Positions 45,962 through 54,653 of a DNA stretch of 56,754 nt are shown here, in pieces. The stretch is from positions 1 to 56,754 of IMG/VR virus record IMGVR_UViG_3300046656_000441. One strand, given 5' to 3'. A program made the position numbers and the translations under genes. This stretch comes from a virus (taxonomy: Duplodnaviria; Caudoviricetes). How positions within the stretch are numbered: the stretch's first letter is position 1; each line of letters begins with the position of its first letter. Below the pieces are notes generated by a model. The model ran no database searches. It saw only the letters and a program-made list of their open reading frames with translations, and had not been told where the DNA came from.

Positions 45962-46617
45962 CGGAACTCCTCCGCTAATCCCAGTAGCGCACGCCAGGTG
46001 TCGCCGCGCTCCTGCTCGGTGAACTCCAGTTCCCACCCGTGGACCTGGGGAATCTTCGCGCCCTCGTAGTCGCCGTTGACGAAGTAGACGAGAATCACCG
46101 CGCTGCACGTGTCGAGCGGCGTCGCGTATGCCACACACTGGTCGAGGCGATACGGCCACTTGGTGGGCGACCCCGGGAATGCGTCCTCGCCCTCCTCGTG
46201 TATCGGCAGGCGCCGGCAGCTGTCCCAGCCCACTTTCAAGGACAGCTCCTTCATCTCACCGTCCTCCTTGGGCGACAGCATGATGTCAGGCGAGCACGCG
46301 ATACCATCACAGCTCACCTCGCCCGGCCGGAAGCAGCGCCACGGCCAGTCGGCCTCCTCACTGAGCGAGAGCAGCGCCAGCTCGGCGCGGTCCTCGAAGG
46401 CGAGCCCCATCAGCCCGTAGAGCCGCAGCTGTTTCTCACTAATCTCTGTTCCCTCGGCACGCTTGGGCCGCGGATGTAGCTCGTGCAGCAGCGTCGAGCA
46501 GTGGAGCCCCTCGGAGCGCGGCGGGCGCCGGCTCAGCTCGAACCCCTGGTCGAGCAGGGAGCTGTCGGCCATGCGCTCGATAAGTCGGTCGGTGTAGGGC
46601 CAGGGTCGGTGAATCAT
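45958..46617 (-). CDS. PD-(D/E)XK (RecB/Cas4-like) nuclease, possibly divergent
   Basis: RS.GLH.S, G.A.E, SPD, ELSLK, Q...Y. Confidence 0.6.
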   Translation of the reverse strand: MIHRPWPYTDRLIERMADSSLLDQGFELSRRPPRSEGLHCSTLLHELHPRPKRAEGTEISEKQLRLYGLMGLAFEDRAELALLSLSEEADWPWRCFRPGEVSCDGIACSPDIMLSPKEDGEMKELSLKVGWDSCRRLPIHEEGEDAFPGSPTKWPYRLDQCVAYATPLDTCSAVILVYFVNGDYEGAKIPQVHGWELEFTEQERGDTWRALLGLAEEFR

Positions 46618-46910
46618 CGTGGGTGGCCTATTCCTATTGTATGCACAGAGCCGACAAGTAGCTCTTTCCACGCATCCTCAAGGATGTAGGGCGGAACGAC
46701 GTCCGGCTTGGGCGCCTCGAAGTCCCGATTGCGGTATGTCGACCAGGACCTCTTTCCATCGATGCGGAACTTGTGGCGCAGCGTTTTGCGCTCCATCACT
46801 AGCACCATAGAAAGGCGCAGGATAACCCGACATGAGCCCGTGTCAACCACGAAGCGCCACGTCGTGCATCTCAGTTTTGACTCTGTTGTGCGCGTGATGT
46901 CGATTGTCAT
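46614..46910 (-). CDS. Hypothetical protein
   Basis: ATGA overlap with the nuclease start. Confidence 0.4.
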   Translation of the reverse strand: MTIDITRTTESKLRCTTWRFVVDTGSCRVILRLSMVLVMERKTLRHKFRIDGKRSWSTYRNRDFEAPKPDVVPPYILEDAWKELLVGSVHTIGIGHPR

Positions 46911-46918
46911 ATATCAAT

Positions 46919-46942
46919 GGGCGGGGGCCGAAGCCCCCACCC
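46919..46942 (-). terminator. Hairpin after the lipoprotein gene
   Basis: GGGTGGGGGC-TTCG-GCCCCCGCCC on the - strand. Confidence 0.6.
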
Positions 46943-46949
46943 CTCCAGA

Positions 46950-47999
46950 CTACGGCTTACCGTTGCCGTTGCCGTTGCCGTTGCCACCACCGTTACCGGG
47001 CGGCGTTGTCGGCGGCGTCGGGTTATTCGGCGTCCCCGGCGTGCCTCCACCAGGCGGCGTCGGCGGCGTCGGCGTGGTGACGTGAGTCGTGCGCCCGTCG
47101 CACTTGCCGGCGTAGTCCCGGGTGTGCCCAGCGTGCGCGCTGTCGATGGCCTGCTGCGTGATATTCAGGTCCTGTTCCTTGTCCGCGCTGTCGACGTGGC
47201 ACCAGTCGACTTTCTTCGGAGCCGGCGGCGGGATGTCGACACACTGGCCGTCGACCAGCTGCTTCCCATCGGGCATCGTCGCTTGTGCTCCCGGAATGTT
47301 GGGGCACACGTCAACGACCGGGGGCGGCGGCGGCGCGTTCGGCACGCAGACCGGCGTTCCCTGGCCCAGCTCAGGATGCTGTCCCGGAGGGCAGCTCAGC
47401 GGCGGAGGCGGCGGAGGCGGCACCACCACAATCACGCGTGTCCCGGTGCGCTTCAGCAGGAACGTGCCCCGGTCTCCGTCCTTGGCGTTCTGTGAGTTAT
47501 GACATGTCGCCTCGTAGTTCCCCCTCAGAGTGTCGAACCCATCAGGCGTCCCCTGGGCGAATACCACGTTCGTTGCGGTCCACGTCGTGCAGCTGCCGTT
47601 CTCTCCGAAGTGCAGCCCGCCGTAGTGGATGGTAATCGTGCCGCTCAGGCTTCCACTGATGTCGGTTGTCTGGAAGTTGAACGCATACGCGCCGACGCTG
47701 AGCTGCAGAGCCGCCGCGACGCTCGCGGTGCTGTTGCTGCTGAAGGTAACAGTTACGTTACCGTTGGCGTTGCTCGGCATAACCAGCACGGGCGACGTCG
47801 GACCCACAAACGGGGCGCCGATGAGGACAATGGCGTCCTCCGCGGACAGCTTCCCACTGGTCGGGGGCGCTGCCGTGTCACTGGGTCCCGTGATGGTCAC
47901 CTGGCCGAGGCTGCTATCGCCCGGGCCGACGATGTGACGACTGTTACAACCAACGAACGCGAGCGACGCGAGCAATACCGCAACGAACTTCATTCTCAT
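46950..47999 (-). CDS. Pro/Cys-rich lipoprotein
   Basis: GGAGGT RBS; MRMKFVAVLLASLAFVG-C lipobox; poly-Pro; DVCPNIPG.Q; (GN)n tail. Confidence 0.75.
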   Translation of the reverse strand: MRMKFVAVLLASLAFVGCNSRHIVGPGDSSLGQVTITGPSDTAAPPTSGKLSAEDAIVLIGAPFVGPTSPVLVMPSNANGNVTVTFSSNSTASVAAALQLSVGAYAFNFQTTDISGSLSGTITIHYGGLHFGENGSCTTWTATNVVFAQGTPDGFDTLRGNYEATCHNSQNAKDGDRGTFLLKRTGTRVIVVVPPPPPPPLSCPPGQHPELGQGTPVCVPNAPPPPPVVDVCPNIPGAQATMPDGKQLVDGQCVDIPPPAPKKVDWCHVDSADKEQDLNITQQAIDSAHAGHTRDYAGKCDGRTTHVTTPTPPTPPGGGTPGTPNNPTPPTTPPGNGGGNGNGNGNGKP

Positions 48000-48012
48000 G
48001 CTCACCTCCAGG

Positions 48013-48879
48013 TTAGGGTTTCGCCAACTGATGCGCCGAAATCCACGCAATGAGTGGTGGTGCAATATACTTGCCAACAAACGTCATCACCGTGCCGAAC
48101 TGCTGGGTGAACGTCCGCACCTCGCCCCGAATCTCGGTCACCTTCTGGTTGGTGTCCAGCTCCAGCCGCATCAGCTCGGCTACCTGGGCCTGGAGCGTCG
48201 TGTCGACTACTGGCGGCGGCGGCGGGACCGGGGTCGGTGTGGGCGTCGGGGTCGGGGTCGGTGTGGGCACGGGTGTCGGCACGGGCGCCGGCACGAGCTG
48301 CCCCTCGCGCCACACAATCGGCAACGGGTGCTGTCCGTTGGCGTCGGGCCACACGACTTCCAGGATGTTGGTCCGCGCGTGCAGCGGCGTCTGGTTGTCG
48401 CTGCGCGTCGAGCCGGCCACCACCATTACGCCGATACGTTCACCAGGGAACGGATTATGGCCGCTCATCTCGTGCCAGCGGCCCGGGTCATACAGCCACC
48501 CGGTGCCAATCAGGTCGCTCGGGGAGCCCTCGGGCTTCGAGCCGTTGGTCTGGCTCGGCCGCAGGCGCTCGGCGCCCGTGGCGAACCACTGGCCGTTGAT
48601 GTTCAGGAACACCCACAGCGTGCCCGACTGGCTCGGCGGGCCGGCGTCGATGCTCACAGACGGCCAGTTCTCGGTGTTGCTGGTCTGGAGGTCCATGTGC
48701 CCGCCGCCCACGCCGAAATTGTCGAGCGTCGCGGATACTGGGAAGCCGAGAATCGCCGGGTCACTGCCTACGACCACCACGCAGCCCGGGCCACGGTCGC
48801 CGCACGCGACGGTGGGAATCTGGGCCGACGCCGACGCCGACACGAGCAACGCCACCAAGATGGCGAGTGCAGTTCTCAT
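48013..48879 (-). CDS. Exported protein with PT linker and C-terminal anchor
   Basis: Signal peptide ending ASA-Q; (PT)n; coiled coil; hydrophobic C-terminus. Confidence 0.7.
   Translation of the reverse strand: MRTALAILVALLVSASASAQIPTVACGDRGPGCVVVVGSDPAILGFPVSATLDNFGVGGGHMDLQTSNTENWPSVSIDAGPPSQSGTLWVFLNINGQWFATGAERLRPSQTNGSKPEGSPSDLIGTGWLYDPGRWHEMSGHNPFPGERIGVMVVAGSTRSDNQTPLHARTNILEVVWPDANGQHPLPIVWREGQLVPAPVPTPVPTPTPTPTPTPTPVPPPPPVVDTTLQAQVAELMRLELDTNQKVTEIRGEVRTFTQQFGTVMTFVGKYIAPPLIAWISAHQLAKP
48061..48077 (-). promoter_or_regulatory. sigma54-type element TTGGCAAGTATATTGCA
   Basis: About 60 nt upstream of the lipoprotein ATG; atypical AT-rich codons. Confidence 0.65.
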
Positions 48880-50477
48880 CAGAATTTCTCCTCGATAAAC
48901 GTCAGGGTTTCCTTCGCACGGGTGACCGCCACATAGTAGATGTTCTCTTCCTCTTTCCGCTTCATCTCGTCCACCTCGAACTCGCGGCACTTGCACTGGC
49001 TCGGGCGGCGCTTGCAATTCACACAGGGCGCCGGCAGGAAGAACGTCGACTCCAGCAGGAACACGTTGGTGGCTTCGAGCCCCTTGGCCTTGTGCACCGA
49101 GCTGCAGATGACATACGCGCCGGGGTCCGCCACGAACAGGTTGTCAATTTCAACCACCAGGGACGGGACCGAACGCGCGCCCTCGGCCAGGATGCGCAGC
49201 GTCTCGCACTTGTCGACCATCTCATCGATGCGGTGCTCGTGCTTCTCGGCAATGAGGCGGGCGCGCTGCTTGTTCTCATACGACTGCAGACGCGCCAGGA
49301 ACTCGGGGACGCTGTCGGCGGCGCTGCCCACTGCGAGCTGCTTGACCAGCTGCTTGAGTGCGGCGCCGATGTCACGCCCGACAATCCGCGCTGGGATGCC
49401 CCTCATCAGGAACCGGAGCGCGGTCCTCGCGAGCGGCGCGTTGCGCCGGCTGAGCACGAAGTCGCCGGCCTTGGCTCGGGATACCAGGTCATCAAGGGAC
49501 GCGATGCGGGAGACCACACCAGCCGGCGCGCTAGCGTCGACCTCGTAGTCTGGGACGTAACGCTGGGCGATGGCGTGGACCTTCTGCGGGCAGCGATACG
49601 TTTTCGAGAGCGGGAGTTCGTCGGCATCGAGCACACCCTTGAGCCGGTCCAGGGAGCCGCTGTCGGCGCCGCGGAACCCGTAGATAGCCTGGCGGTCGTC
49701 GCCCACGAGCACCACGCGTCCCTCGGGCTTGCACGCACGCATGGCCAGCGTCAGCTGCGAGGCGCTCATGTCCTGGGCCTCGTCCACCACCACCATGTCG
49801 AAGTCGGGGCTCACCATGCCGTTGACCAGCGGGAGGAAAATCATGTCCGCGAAGTCGATGCCGGTGAACTTCGCGCTCTCGGGGTTCGCGGCCCAGCGCA
49901 GCCCGTGCAGCGCGGCGCCGGCCAGCTGCTCGATGGTGAAGGTGTCGTTGAAAGATGGCGTGATGTCGAACTCCTCCGCCAGGTCCACCATCTGGTCGAG
50001 GGTGTTGTCGAGGCTCGGGAGAATCTCGCGCGCCTTGGTGACGAGGCGCCCGACCAGGCGCTTGGCGCCGTAGCCCAGACCCTTGGACACCATGTCAGCA
50101 ATCGCTTCCTCACGCTCCGAGCGCTTGCAGGTTGCGATGTAACCCACATGCTTGCGGAGCATGCGGTAGCCCAGCGAGTGCAGGGTGAGCGCGGTGGCGT
50201 TCGGGTTGCTGAGGCGCGCCGCCAGCTCCTCCTGGATGCGCTTGTTGAATGCCGCAATGAGAATGGCGCGCTCGGGGGCGAAGTCCACGGCTCGCAGAAT
50301 CGTGGTCGTCTTGCCCGTGCCGGCGCGCGCACGCACAATCAGGTTGCCCGCCTCGGGACCACGCTTGAACCACTCGAAAATGGCAAGCTGCAGCTCGGAT
50401 GGGGTGAACTCCCGCAGCACAACGGCGGCGGGAGTCGGGGTGTTATCGACGGCGGCGGACGCTCTGGATGATGGCAT
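48879..50477 (-). CDS. UvrD/Rep-like SF1 helicase
   Basis: ARAGTGKT, TLHS, DEAQD, VGD..QAIYGFRGA, YRCP, HKAKGLE, YVAVTRA. Confidence 0.93.
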   Translation of the reverse strand: MPSSRASAAVDNTPTPAAVVLREFTPSELQLAIFEWFKRGPEAGNLIVRARAGTGKTTTILRAVDFAPERAILIAAFNKRIQEELAARLSNPNATALTLHSLGYRMLRKHVGYIATCKRSEREEAIADMVSKGLGYGAKRLVGRLVTKAREILPSLDNTLDQMVDLAEEFDITPSFNDTFTIEQLAGAALHGLRWAANPESAKFTGIDFADMIFLPLVNGMVSPDFDMVVVDEAQDMSASQLTLAMRACKPEGRVVLVGDDRQAIYGFRGADSGSLDRLKGVLDADELPLSKTYRCPQKVHAIAQRYVPDYEVDASAPAGVVSRIASLDDLVSRAKAGDFVLSRRNAPLARTALRFLMRGIPARIVGRDIGAALKQLVKQLAVGSAADSVPEFLARLQSYENKQRARLIAEKHEHRIDEMVDKCETLRILAEGARSVPSLVVEIDNLFVADPGAYVICSSVHKAKGLEATNVFLLESTFFLPAPCVNCKRRPSQCKCREFEVDEMKRKEEENIYYVAVTRAKETLTFIEEKF

Positions 50478-50488
50478 TGTGGATATAG

Positions 50489-50692
50489 CTATTGCACTCG
50501 GCGTGCCAAGGGCACAATGCGCAGCGGGTTGCCGGGAGTGCCAGTTGGCCAGAGTTTATAGCTGTCGCCGTGCTCATCAGTGAAGACGAAGTAGTCCTCT
50601 CTTGAGGTCATCTGCCGGTGCTCTGTCCGAATCAGAGGACAGCCCGTCCAACAACCCTGGTCGTCGGGCGCTCCACAACCGCGGCAAACCAT
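50489..50692 (-). CDS. Small hypothetical protein (MVCRGC...)
   Basis: AGGAGG RBS. Confidence 0.4.
   Translation of the reverse strand: MVCRGCGAPDDQGCWTGCPLIRTEHRQMTSREDYFVFTDEHGDSYKLWPTGTPGNPLRIVPLARRVQ
50493..50509 (-). promoter_or_regulatory. sigma54-type element TTGGCACGCCGAGTGCA
   Basis: 16 nt from GC to the helicase ATG; no SD. Confidence 0.7.
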
Positions 50693-50699
50693 TGGACCT

Positions 50700-50989
50700 C
50701 CTGGGGAAGAATGGAGCGGCCACCAGGAATCCCTCCCAGCCGTTGCCCGACCCGGTGCTGAGAACAGCGAGGGTCGAGAGCCGCATGTGTAAGCCAAGCC
50801 CCGTGCGGATTGACCGCCTTAGATGCCAGCCGCCGCATCCCCGTGGTGCGGCTGGTGCGTGCCCTGCTAGGCTTGTCACCACGAGTAGCTATCAACCCGC
50901 GGGGCGGCGTTCCGCACGCTCCATCCCCGCGGGAGACTCGGCACGGCTATGTCCCCTTATCGAGGAGTTTACCGTGCCGAACCCGGAGT
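50700..50989 (-). ncRNA. Candidate structured RNA (multi-hairpin intergenic region)
   Basis: Five consecutive inverted repeats in about 290 nt; family not recognised. Confidence 0.35.
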
Positions 50990-51871
50990 CTAGCCCAGCG
51001 TCACGATGTCGCTGGTCTTGTCGAAGTTGACACCGTCCAGGGTGCCGAGCTTCTCGACGTCGAGCGCGAATGCACGAACCGCCTCACGCAGGTTGGCGTC
51101 CATGCTGTCCATCGCCTGGAGGAGCTTCACGCTGAGCTTGTTCCGCGTCAGCTTGTTCTCTTTCGCAGCCTTCAGGACCTGGGCCACCATCGTCTCCGCG
51201 GTCGCTTCGACAAGCGCCGCATCGACCGCAACGGACGCGCCGGCCTTCGAGCTGCCGGTGTTCGAGCTGCCGGCGAGCTTCGGCTGCGCCAGCTTCGTGA
51301 TGTCTTCCTGGCCGTAGTAGTTCGCGATGACCAGGTTCTCACGCTTGAACGTGCCACCCGGCTTGCCGTCCTTCGGAGCCACCACACGCGGGTGGTCGAC
51401 GGACCACTTGTCGGTTGCCGCCGCCCAGTCGAACATGGCGCGCACGCCGCGAATGTTCGAGTAGTCCGCCACGAGACCCGCGGGGTCCTCCGGGAAGTTC
51501 TCTTCGCTGAAGCCGTCCCCGCCGTCGACCGGCGCCGACAGGGAGTTCAGGAAGATAATCCACGGGGAGTCCTTGTAGAACCCCTTGGTGCCCTTGAGAC
51601 CGCGGCCGTCCGCCACAATCTCGTAGTCCTTGGCGTCGCCCACCTTGATGGGCTGCAGCGAGGGACCCTGTTCCTGCCGGCCATCTTCCTGGATGGTCAG
51701 CACCGCGAACAGCGCCTTGTAGGTGGACGGCTTGCCGTCCTTGCCGAGTGCCTGCCGTTCTTCCTTGAAGAGCGGGTTCTTGGTGGTGAAATTGATGTCG
51801 AGCACCACCCCGTCCTTGCGACGGAGGATTCCGCCGCCACCGACTGCTTTCGACGCGCGAGCTGAAGGCAT
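50990..51871 (-). CDS. Replication-module protein, possibly ssDNA-binding
   Basis: Strong codon bias; own sigma54 site; lies between the helicases; function inferred from position only. Confidence 0.4.
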   Translation of the reverse strand: MPSARASKAVGGGGILRRKDGVVLDINFTTKNPLFKEERQALGKDGKPSTYKALFAVLTIQEDGRQEQGPSLQPIKVGDAKDYEIVADGRGLKGTKGFYKDSPWIIFLNSLSAPVDGGDGFSEENFPEDPAGLVADYSNIRGVRAMFDWAAATDKWSVDHPRVVAPKDGKPGGTFKRENLVIANYYGQEDITKLAQPKLAGSSNTGSSKAGASVAVDAALVEATAETMVAQVLKAAKENKLTRNKLSVKLLQAMDSMDANLREAVRAFALDVEKLGTLDGVNFDKTSDIVTLG

Positions 51872-51875
51872 TCTG

Positions 51876-52403
51876 TTACTCCTCTGATTCGAGTTGACTG
51901 ACCGGGTTCACAGGTTCTTCTGCAAGCGGCGTGCCAGTGGCCTGCACCAGCTCCCGCAGCTTCACGAGCGCCTCCGGGGAATACTCGCAGCCACATGTGG
52001 GCAGGAGGTTGTCCCCGATGGCGTGCCGGTGCCCCGGGAGCACCGGCAAGAGGTCGATGATGGGCTGGAGCGCCTTGCGCTCCGCCTCGCGCCGCGCCCG
52101 CATCAGGGCTTTGCGCCCCTTGCGAAACTGGCGCCCGCTGAGCCCCGGCATTCGCTGCCAGGTGTTGCGCACCGAGCCGTCATCGTAAATCATCTGGACG
52201 GTGCCCCGAGCCGAGCGCATGTGGACTTCGGTGGGCTGGGGCGCACGGTTGGGGACCCGGAGGGAGATGGCGCGGCGCACCTTGCGCAGCGTGTTCTCCT
52301 CCTGGAGCCGGGCCTGGGCCGCAGCCAGCTCGGCGTCACCTACCGGGGACACCTCGTTGGCCTCGAACGGGGACACTTCCCCTTTGGTCGTTTCATCGTT
52401 CAC
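51876..52403 (-). CDS. Hypothetical protein
   Basis: GAGGAGG RBS. Confidence 0.55.
   Translation of the reverse strand: MNDETTKGEVSPFEANEVSPVGDAELAAAQARLQEENTLRKVRRAISLRVPNRAPQPTEVHMRSARGTVQMIYDDGSVRNTWQRMPGLSGRQFRKGRKALMRARREAERKALQPIIDLLPVLPGHRHAIGDNLLPTCGCEYSPEALVKLRELVQATGTPLAEEPVNPVSQLESEE
51921..51937 (-). promoter_or_regulatory. sigma54-type promoter CTGGCACGCCGCTTGCA
   Basis: Full consensus, 50 nt upstream of ATG 51871. Confidence 0.8.
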
Positions 52404-52683
52404 CCAACACCTCCTCGAACATCACGCAATGACCGGCGCGGCACAGCTTCACCCCGGTCCAGTCGCCGTTGAAGTGGAGCACCGCGGCGCAGCCCAGGCG
52501 CGTCCACTTGCTGTCCACTCTACAGGACGGCTTCAGCACCAGGAGGATGTCCCTTAACGAGGACACCGAAACGTCCTCCGCAGCGGACACCGCGGCGCCG
52601 CCCAGCACCATCACCGCGGCAAGCGCCAGGCAACCCAGGAACACGCGCAGCGCCAGAGCTCCCACGAGCCTATTGAATTTCAT
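52393..52683 (-). CDS. Small exported/membrane protein
   Basis: AGGAGG RBS; long hydrophobic N-terminus. Confidence 0.5.
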   Translation of the reverse strand: MKFNRLVGALALRVFLGCLALAAVMVLGGAAVSAAEDVSVSSLRDILLVLKPSCRVDSKWTRLGCAAVLHFNGDWTGVKLCRAGHCVMFEEVLGER

Positions 52684-53065
52684 CGGGTCCTCCTGCGAGC
52701 ACCAGCCGGTGCACCGTGCTCCGCTGCTGCTCGCCAACCACGGCCACCTCGTAGCGGCCGGCGTGCTCCAGGTGAAACACCCGGGTGATGAGCGCCGGCC
52801 CGGTGCCGTCCTCAATCCAGCAGCTGGTGTGGTCCTCAGCGCCATTGATGACGATGCAGACGACGCCCCGCACGGTCTCGTGGTCGTAGCGCACGCGCAC
52901 GCTGAGCGGCGCCTCGCGCTGCATGTAGAACCCTTCAGGCGTCATCGTCATCGAGAAAGGTGTCCGCTGAACCGTAGCCGCTGTCGGCGCTGTCGTCCTC
53001 GTCGTCACACACGCTGACAGCGTCACGCTCAACGCGACACACGCCAGGTCCCTCGAATACTTCAT
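52670..53065 (-). CDS. Putative lipoprotein
   Basis: LSA-C lipobox. Confidence 0.5.
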   Translation of the reverse strand: MKYSRDLACVALSVTLSACVTTRTTAPTAATVQRTPFSMTMTPEGFYMQREAPLSVRVRYDHETVRGVVCIVINGAEDHTSCWIEDGTGPALITRVFHLEHAGRYEVAVVGEQQRSTVHRLVLAGGPDEIQ

Positions 53066-53330
53066 GGGTCAGCTCCAGTTCGAGGTCTCGCACGGCCTCG
53101 ATGATGATGGCCTCGTCGCTGGTCAGCAGTCGGTCTTCCTTGGCGTGCCGCAGCAGCTCCCGACAGAGCGCCAGGCGCTCACGGGCGCCACGGGCGCCGT
53201 CGAGCATGCTGAGCCCCAGGCGCCACGCCTTGGCCTCCTCAGCGGTCACCGGGTCGGCTGCGGTCGCCTTGGCGTGGGCGGCGTGTATCGCGCGCTCACG
53301 GTCGCTTTGTGCTTTCGGTAGTCGGCCCAT
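52935..53330 (-). CDS. Hypothetical protein (MGRLPKAQ...)
   Basis: GGAGG RBS; long overlap with the next gene lowers confidence. Confidence 0.35.
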   Translation of the reverse strand: MGRLPKAQSDRERAIHAAHAKATAADPVTAEEAKAWRLGLSMLDGARGARERLALCRELLRHAKEDRLLTSDEAIIIEAVRDLELELTHEVFEGPGVCRVERDAVSVCDDEDDSADSGYGSADTFLDDDDA

Positions 53331-53563
53331 CAGTTCCTCCGTTCCCTCTCTTGCAAGTATGACTCCAGCCTCCATTGGCCTAGCTCTCGGAGACGCTGAC
53401 TCTCGACAGCGAGGCTCCGGTGCTCGCTACAGTAGCCGCCCTTGCAGCCGAGAGTCTTATACCAGGCGCCAGGGTTGCGATAGAGCGCCTTGCCCTTGCA
53501 GCCGACAACCATGCAGCGTCCGGTGCTCGCTTTGTTCTTGTCGACGCCGGTTTGATTCCTCAT
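53330..53563 (-). CDS. Small Cys/His zinc-finger protein
   Basis: C...GC...YCSEH. Confidence 0.45.
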   Translation of the reverse strand: MRNQTGVDKNKASTGRCMVVGCKGKALYRNPGAWYKTLGCKGGYCSEHRSLAVESQRLRELGQWRLESYLQERERRN

Positions 53564-53889
53564 AACTTGACAGGTTTTTCTTTTCGAGCAGATAATGGCA
53601 GGACGACATCGCGGGAAACAGGAGCCTCACTTTGTGTTATGCCCACATTGCCACACACATCCACTCGGTTGTTACGCAAGGGGCGTAGCGAAGCGAAGCC
53701 CCCACTCACCCATGTCCACAGGGCTCCACGTATGGACGTCCGGACGTCCATTGGATATACAGGGGAATCGGTTGGTTCCACGTGTGCCGCCAGCAGTCGC
53801 CGCAATGCTTCCGCCTTGGTGAGCTCGGGCAGCGGGGAATCGGCCGGCGAGCGGTAGTAGTCGGTGGTTTCGCGCACCGTGTGAATCAT
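53560..53889 (-). CDS. Hypothetical protein
   Basis: ATGA overlaps at both ends. Confidence 0.35.
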   Translation of the reverse strand: MIHTVRETTDYYRSPADSPLPELTKAEALRRLLAAHVEPTDSPVYPMDVRTSIRGALWTWVSGGFASLRPLRNNRVDVCGNVGITQSEAPVSRDVVLPLSARKEKPVKL

Positions 53890-54149
53890 CGGGTCACCTG
53901 GTCGGCCCTTCGGGCCTCCTCTGCAACGGGATACGCCGCCAGCGGGTCGAACGGCTTCTCGATTTCATGCGCGAAGATGGCCTCGATGTGGAAGTTGATG
54001 TCATCGAGTAGCACAAAGACCACCACATTCGGCTTCCCGTGATGCCGCCACACCTGGATGTGTAGCTTGTCTTCGGTGAAGAGGTCCATCACTTCGCCCA
54101 GCTCGGGCCAGCGGTTGATGCGGCGACGCGCCCAGTCTGGGAAGCTCAC
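53886..54149 (-). CDS. Hypothetical protein
   Basis: GTGA overlap; codon bias. Confidence 0.45.
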   Translation of the reverse strand: MSFPDWARRRINRWPELGEVMDLFTEDKLHIQVWRHHGKPNVVVFVLLDDINFHIEAIFAHEIEKPFDPLAAYPVAEEARRADQVTR

Positions 54150-54556
54150 TGCTGCACCACGAACACGTCCACTGACGTGTGCTGCCGGGTCTTGTAGTTC
54201 AGCGAGTGCGCGAACCAGGTGTTCTGGTCCCAGCTGCCGGCGCCGTGCACCCGCTCGAACTCCTGGACAGATTCGGCGTCGCCGTCATAGCTCGTGCCGA
54301 TGATGCCGAAGTAGTCGTTCAGCTCCAGCACCACGTAGTCGGGGTCCTTCGAGAGCGTCTTGCCCAGGGGCAGGACATACAGGTCCACGTCCTTGTCGCT
54401 GTAGCCGTGGTTCAGCACGCCGCCGCCCAGGGCCACGTGGTAGCCCAGGGGCCACACGCGCGCCTGCAGCTCGCGCACGAGCACCAGGGCATCCGCGAGA
54501 TACCACGCGTGGCGCGGCTTGTAGCGTTCGAGGTCCTTCTTGACAATCGGGCTCAT
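54146..54556 (-). CDS. Minimal nucleotidyltransferase-like protein (Pol beta superfamily)
   Basis: ALGGG.......KDVDL and a third Asp in VDVF; GGAGG RBS before ATG 54556. Confidence 0.6.
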   Translation of the reverse strand: MSPIVKKDLERYKPRHAWYLADALVLVRELQARVWPLGYHVALGGGVLNHGYSDKDVDLYVLPLGKTLSKDPDYVVLELNDYFGIIGTSYDGDAESVQEFERVHGAGSWDQNTWFAHSLNYKTRQHTSVDVFVVQQ

Positions 54557-54653
54557 GCTTTCACCCTCCAGGTGGTCTTGCCGCTCGGCGCGATAACGCG
54601 CGTGTTGCCGGCGATGAGCTTCTCGCGGGGCGTCTGGGGCACAGGCTTGGCCA

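Noticed and set aside
45958-46617. Cas4 as part of a CRISPR system
   Set aside because: It is a stand-alone PD-(D/E)XK nuclease near a Sak4-like ATPase, the usual phage recombination context.
50700-50989. tRNA or tmRNA
   Set aside because: No cloverleaf with a T-loop GTTCRA and acceptor stem could be built by eye.
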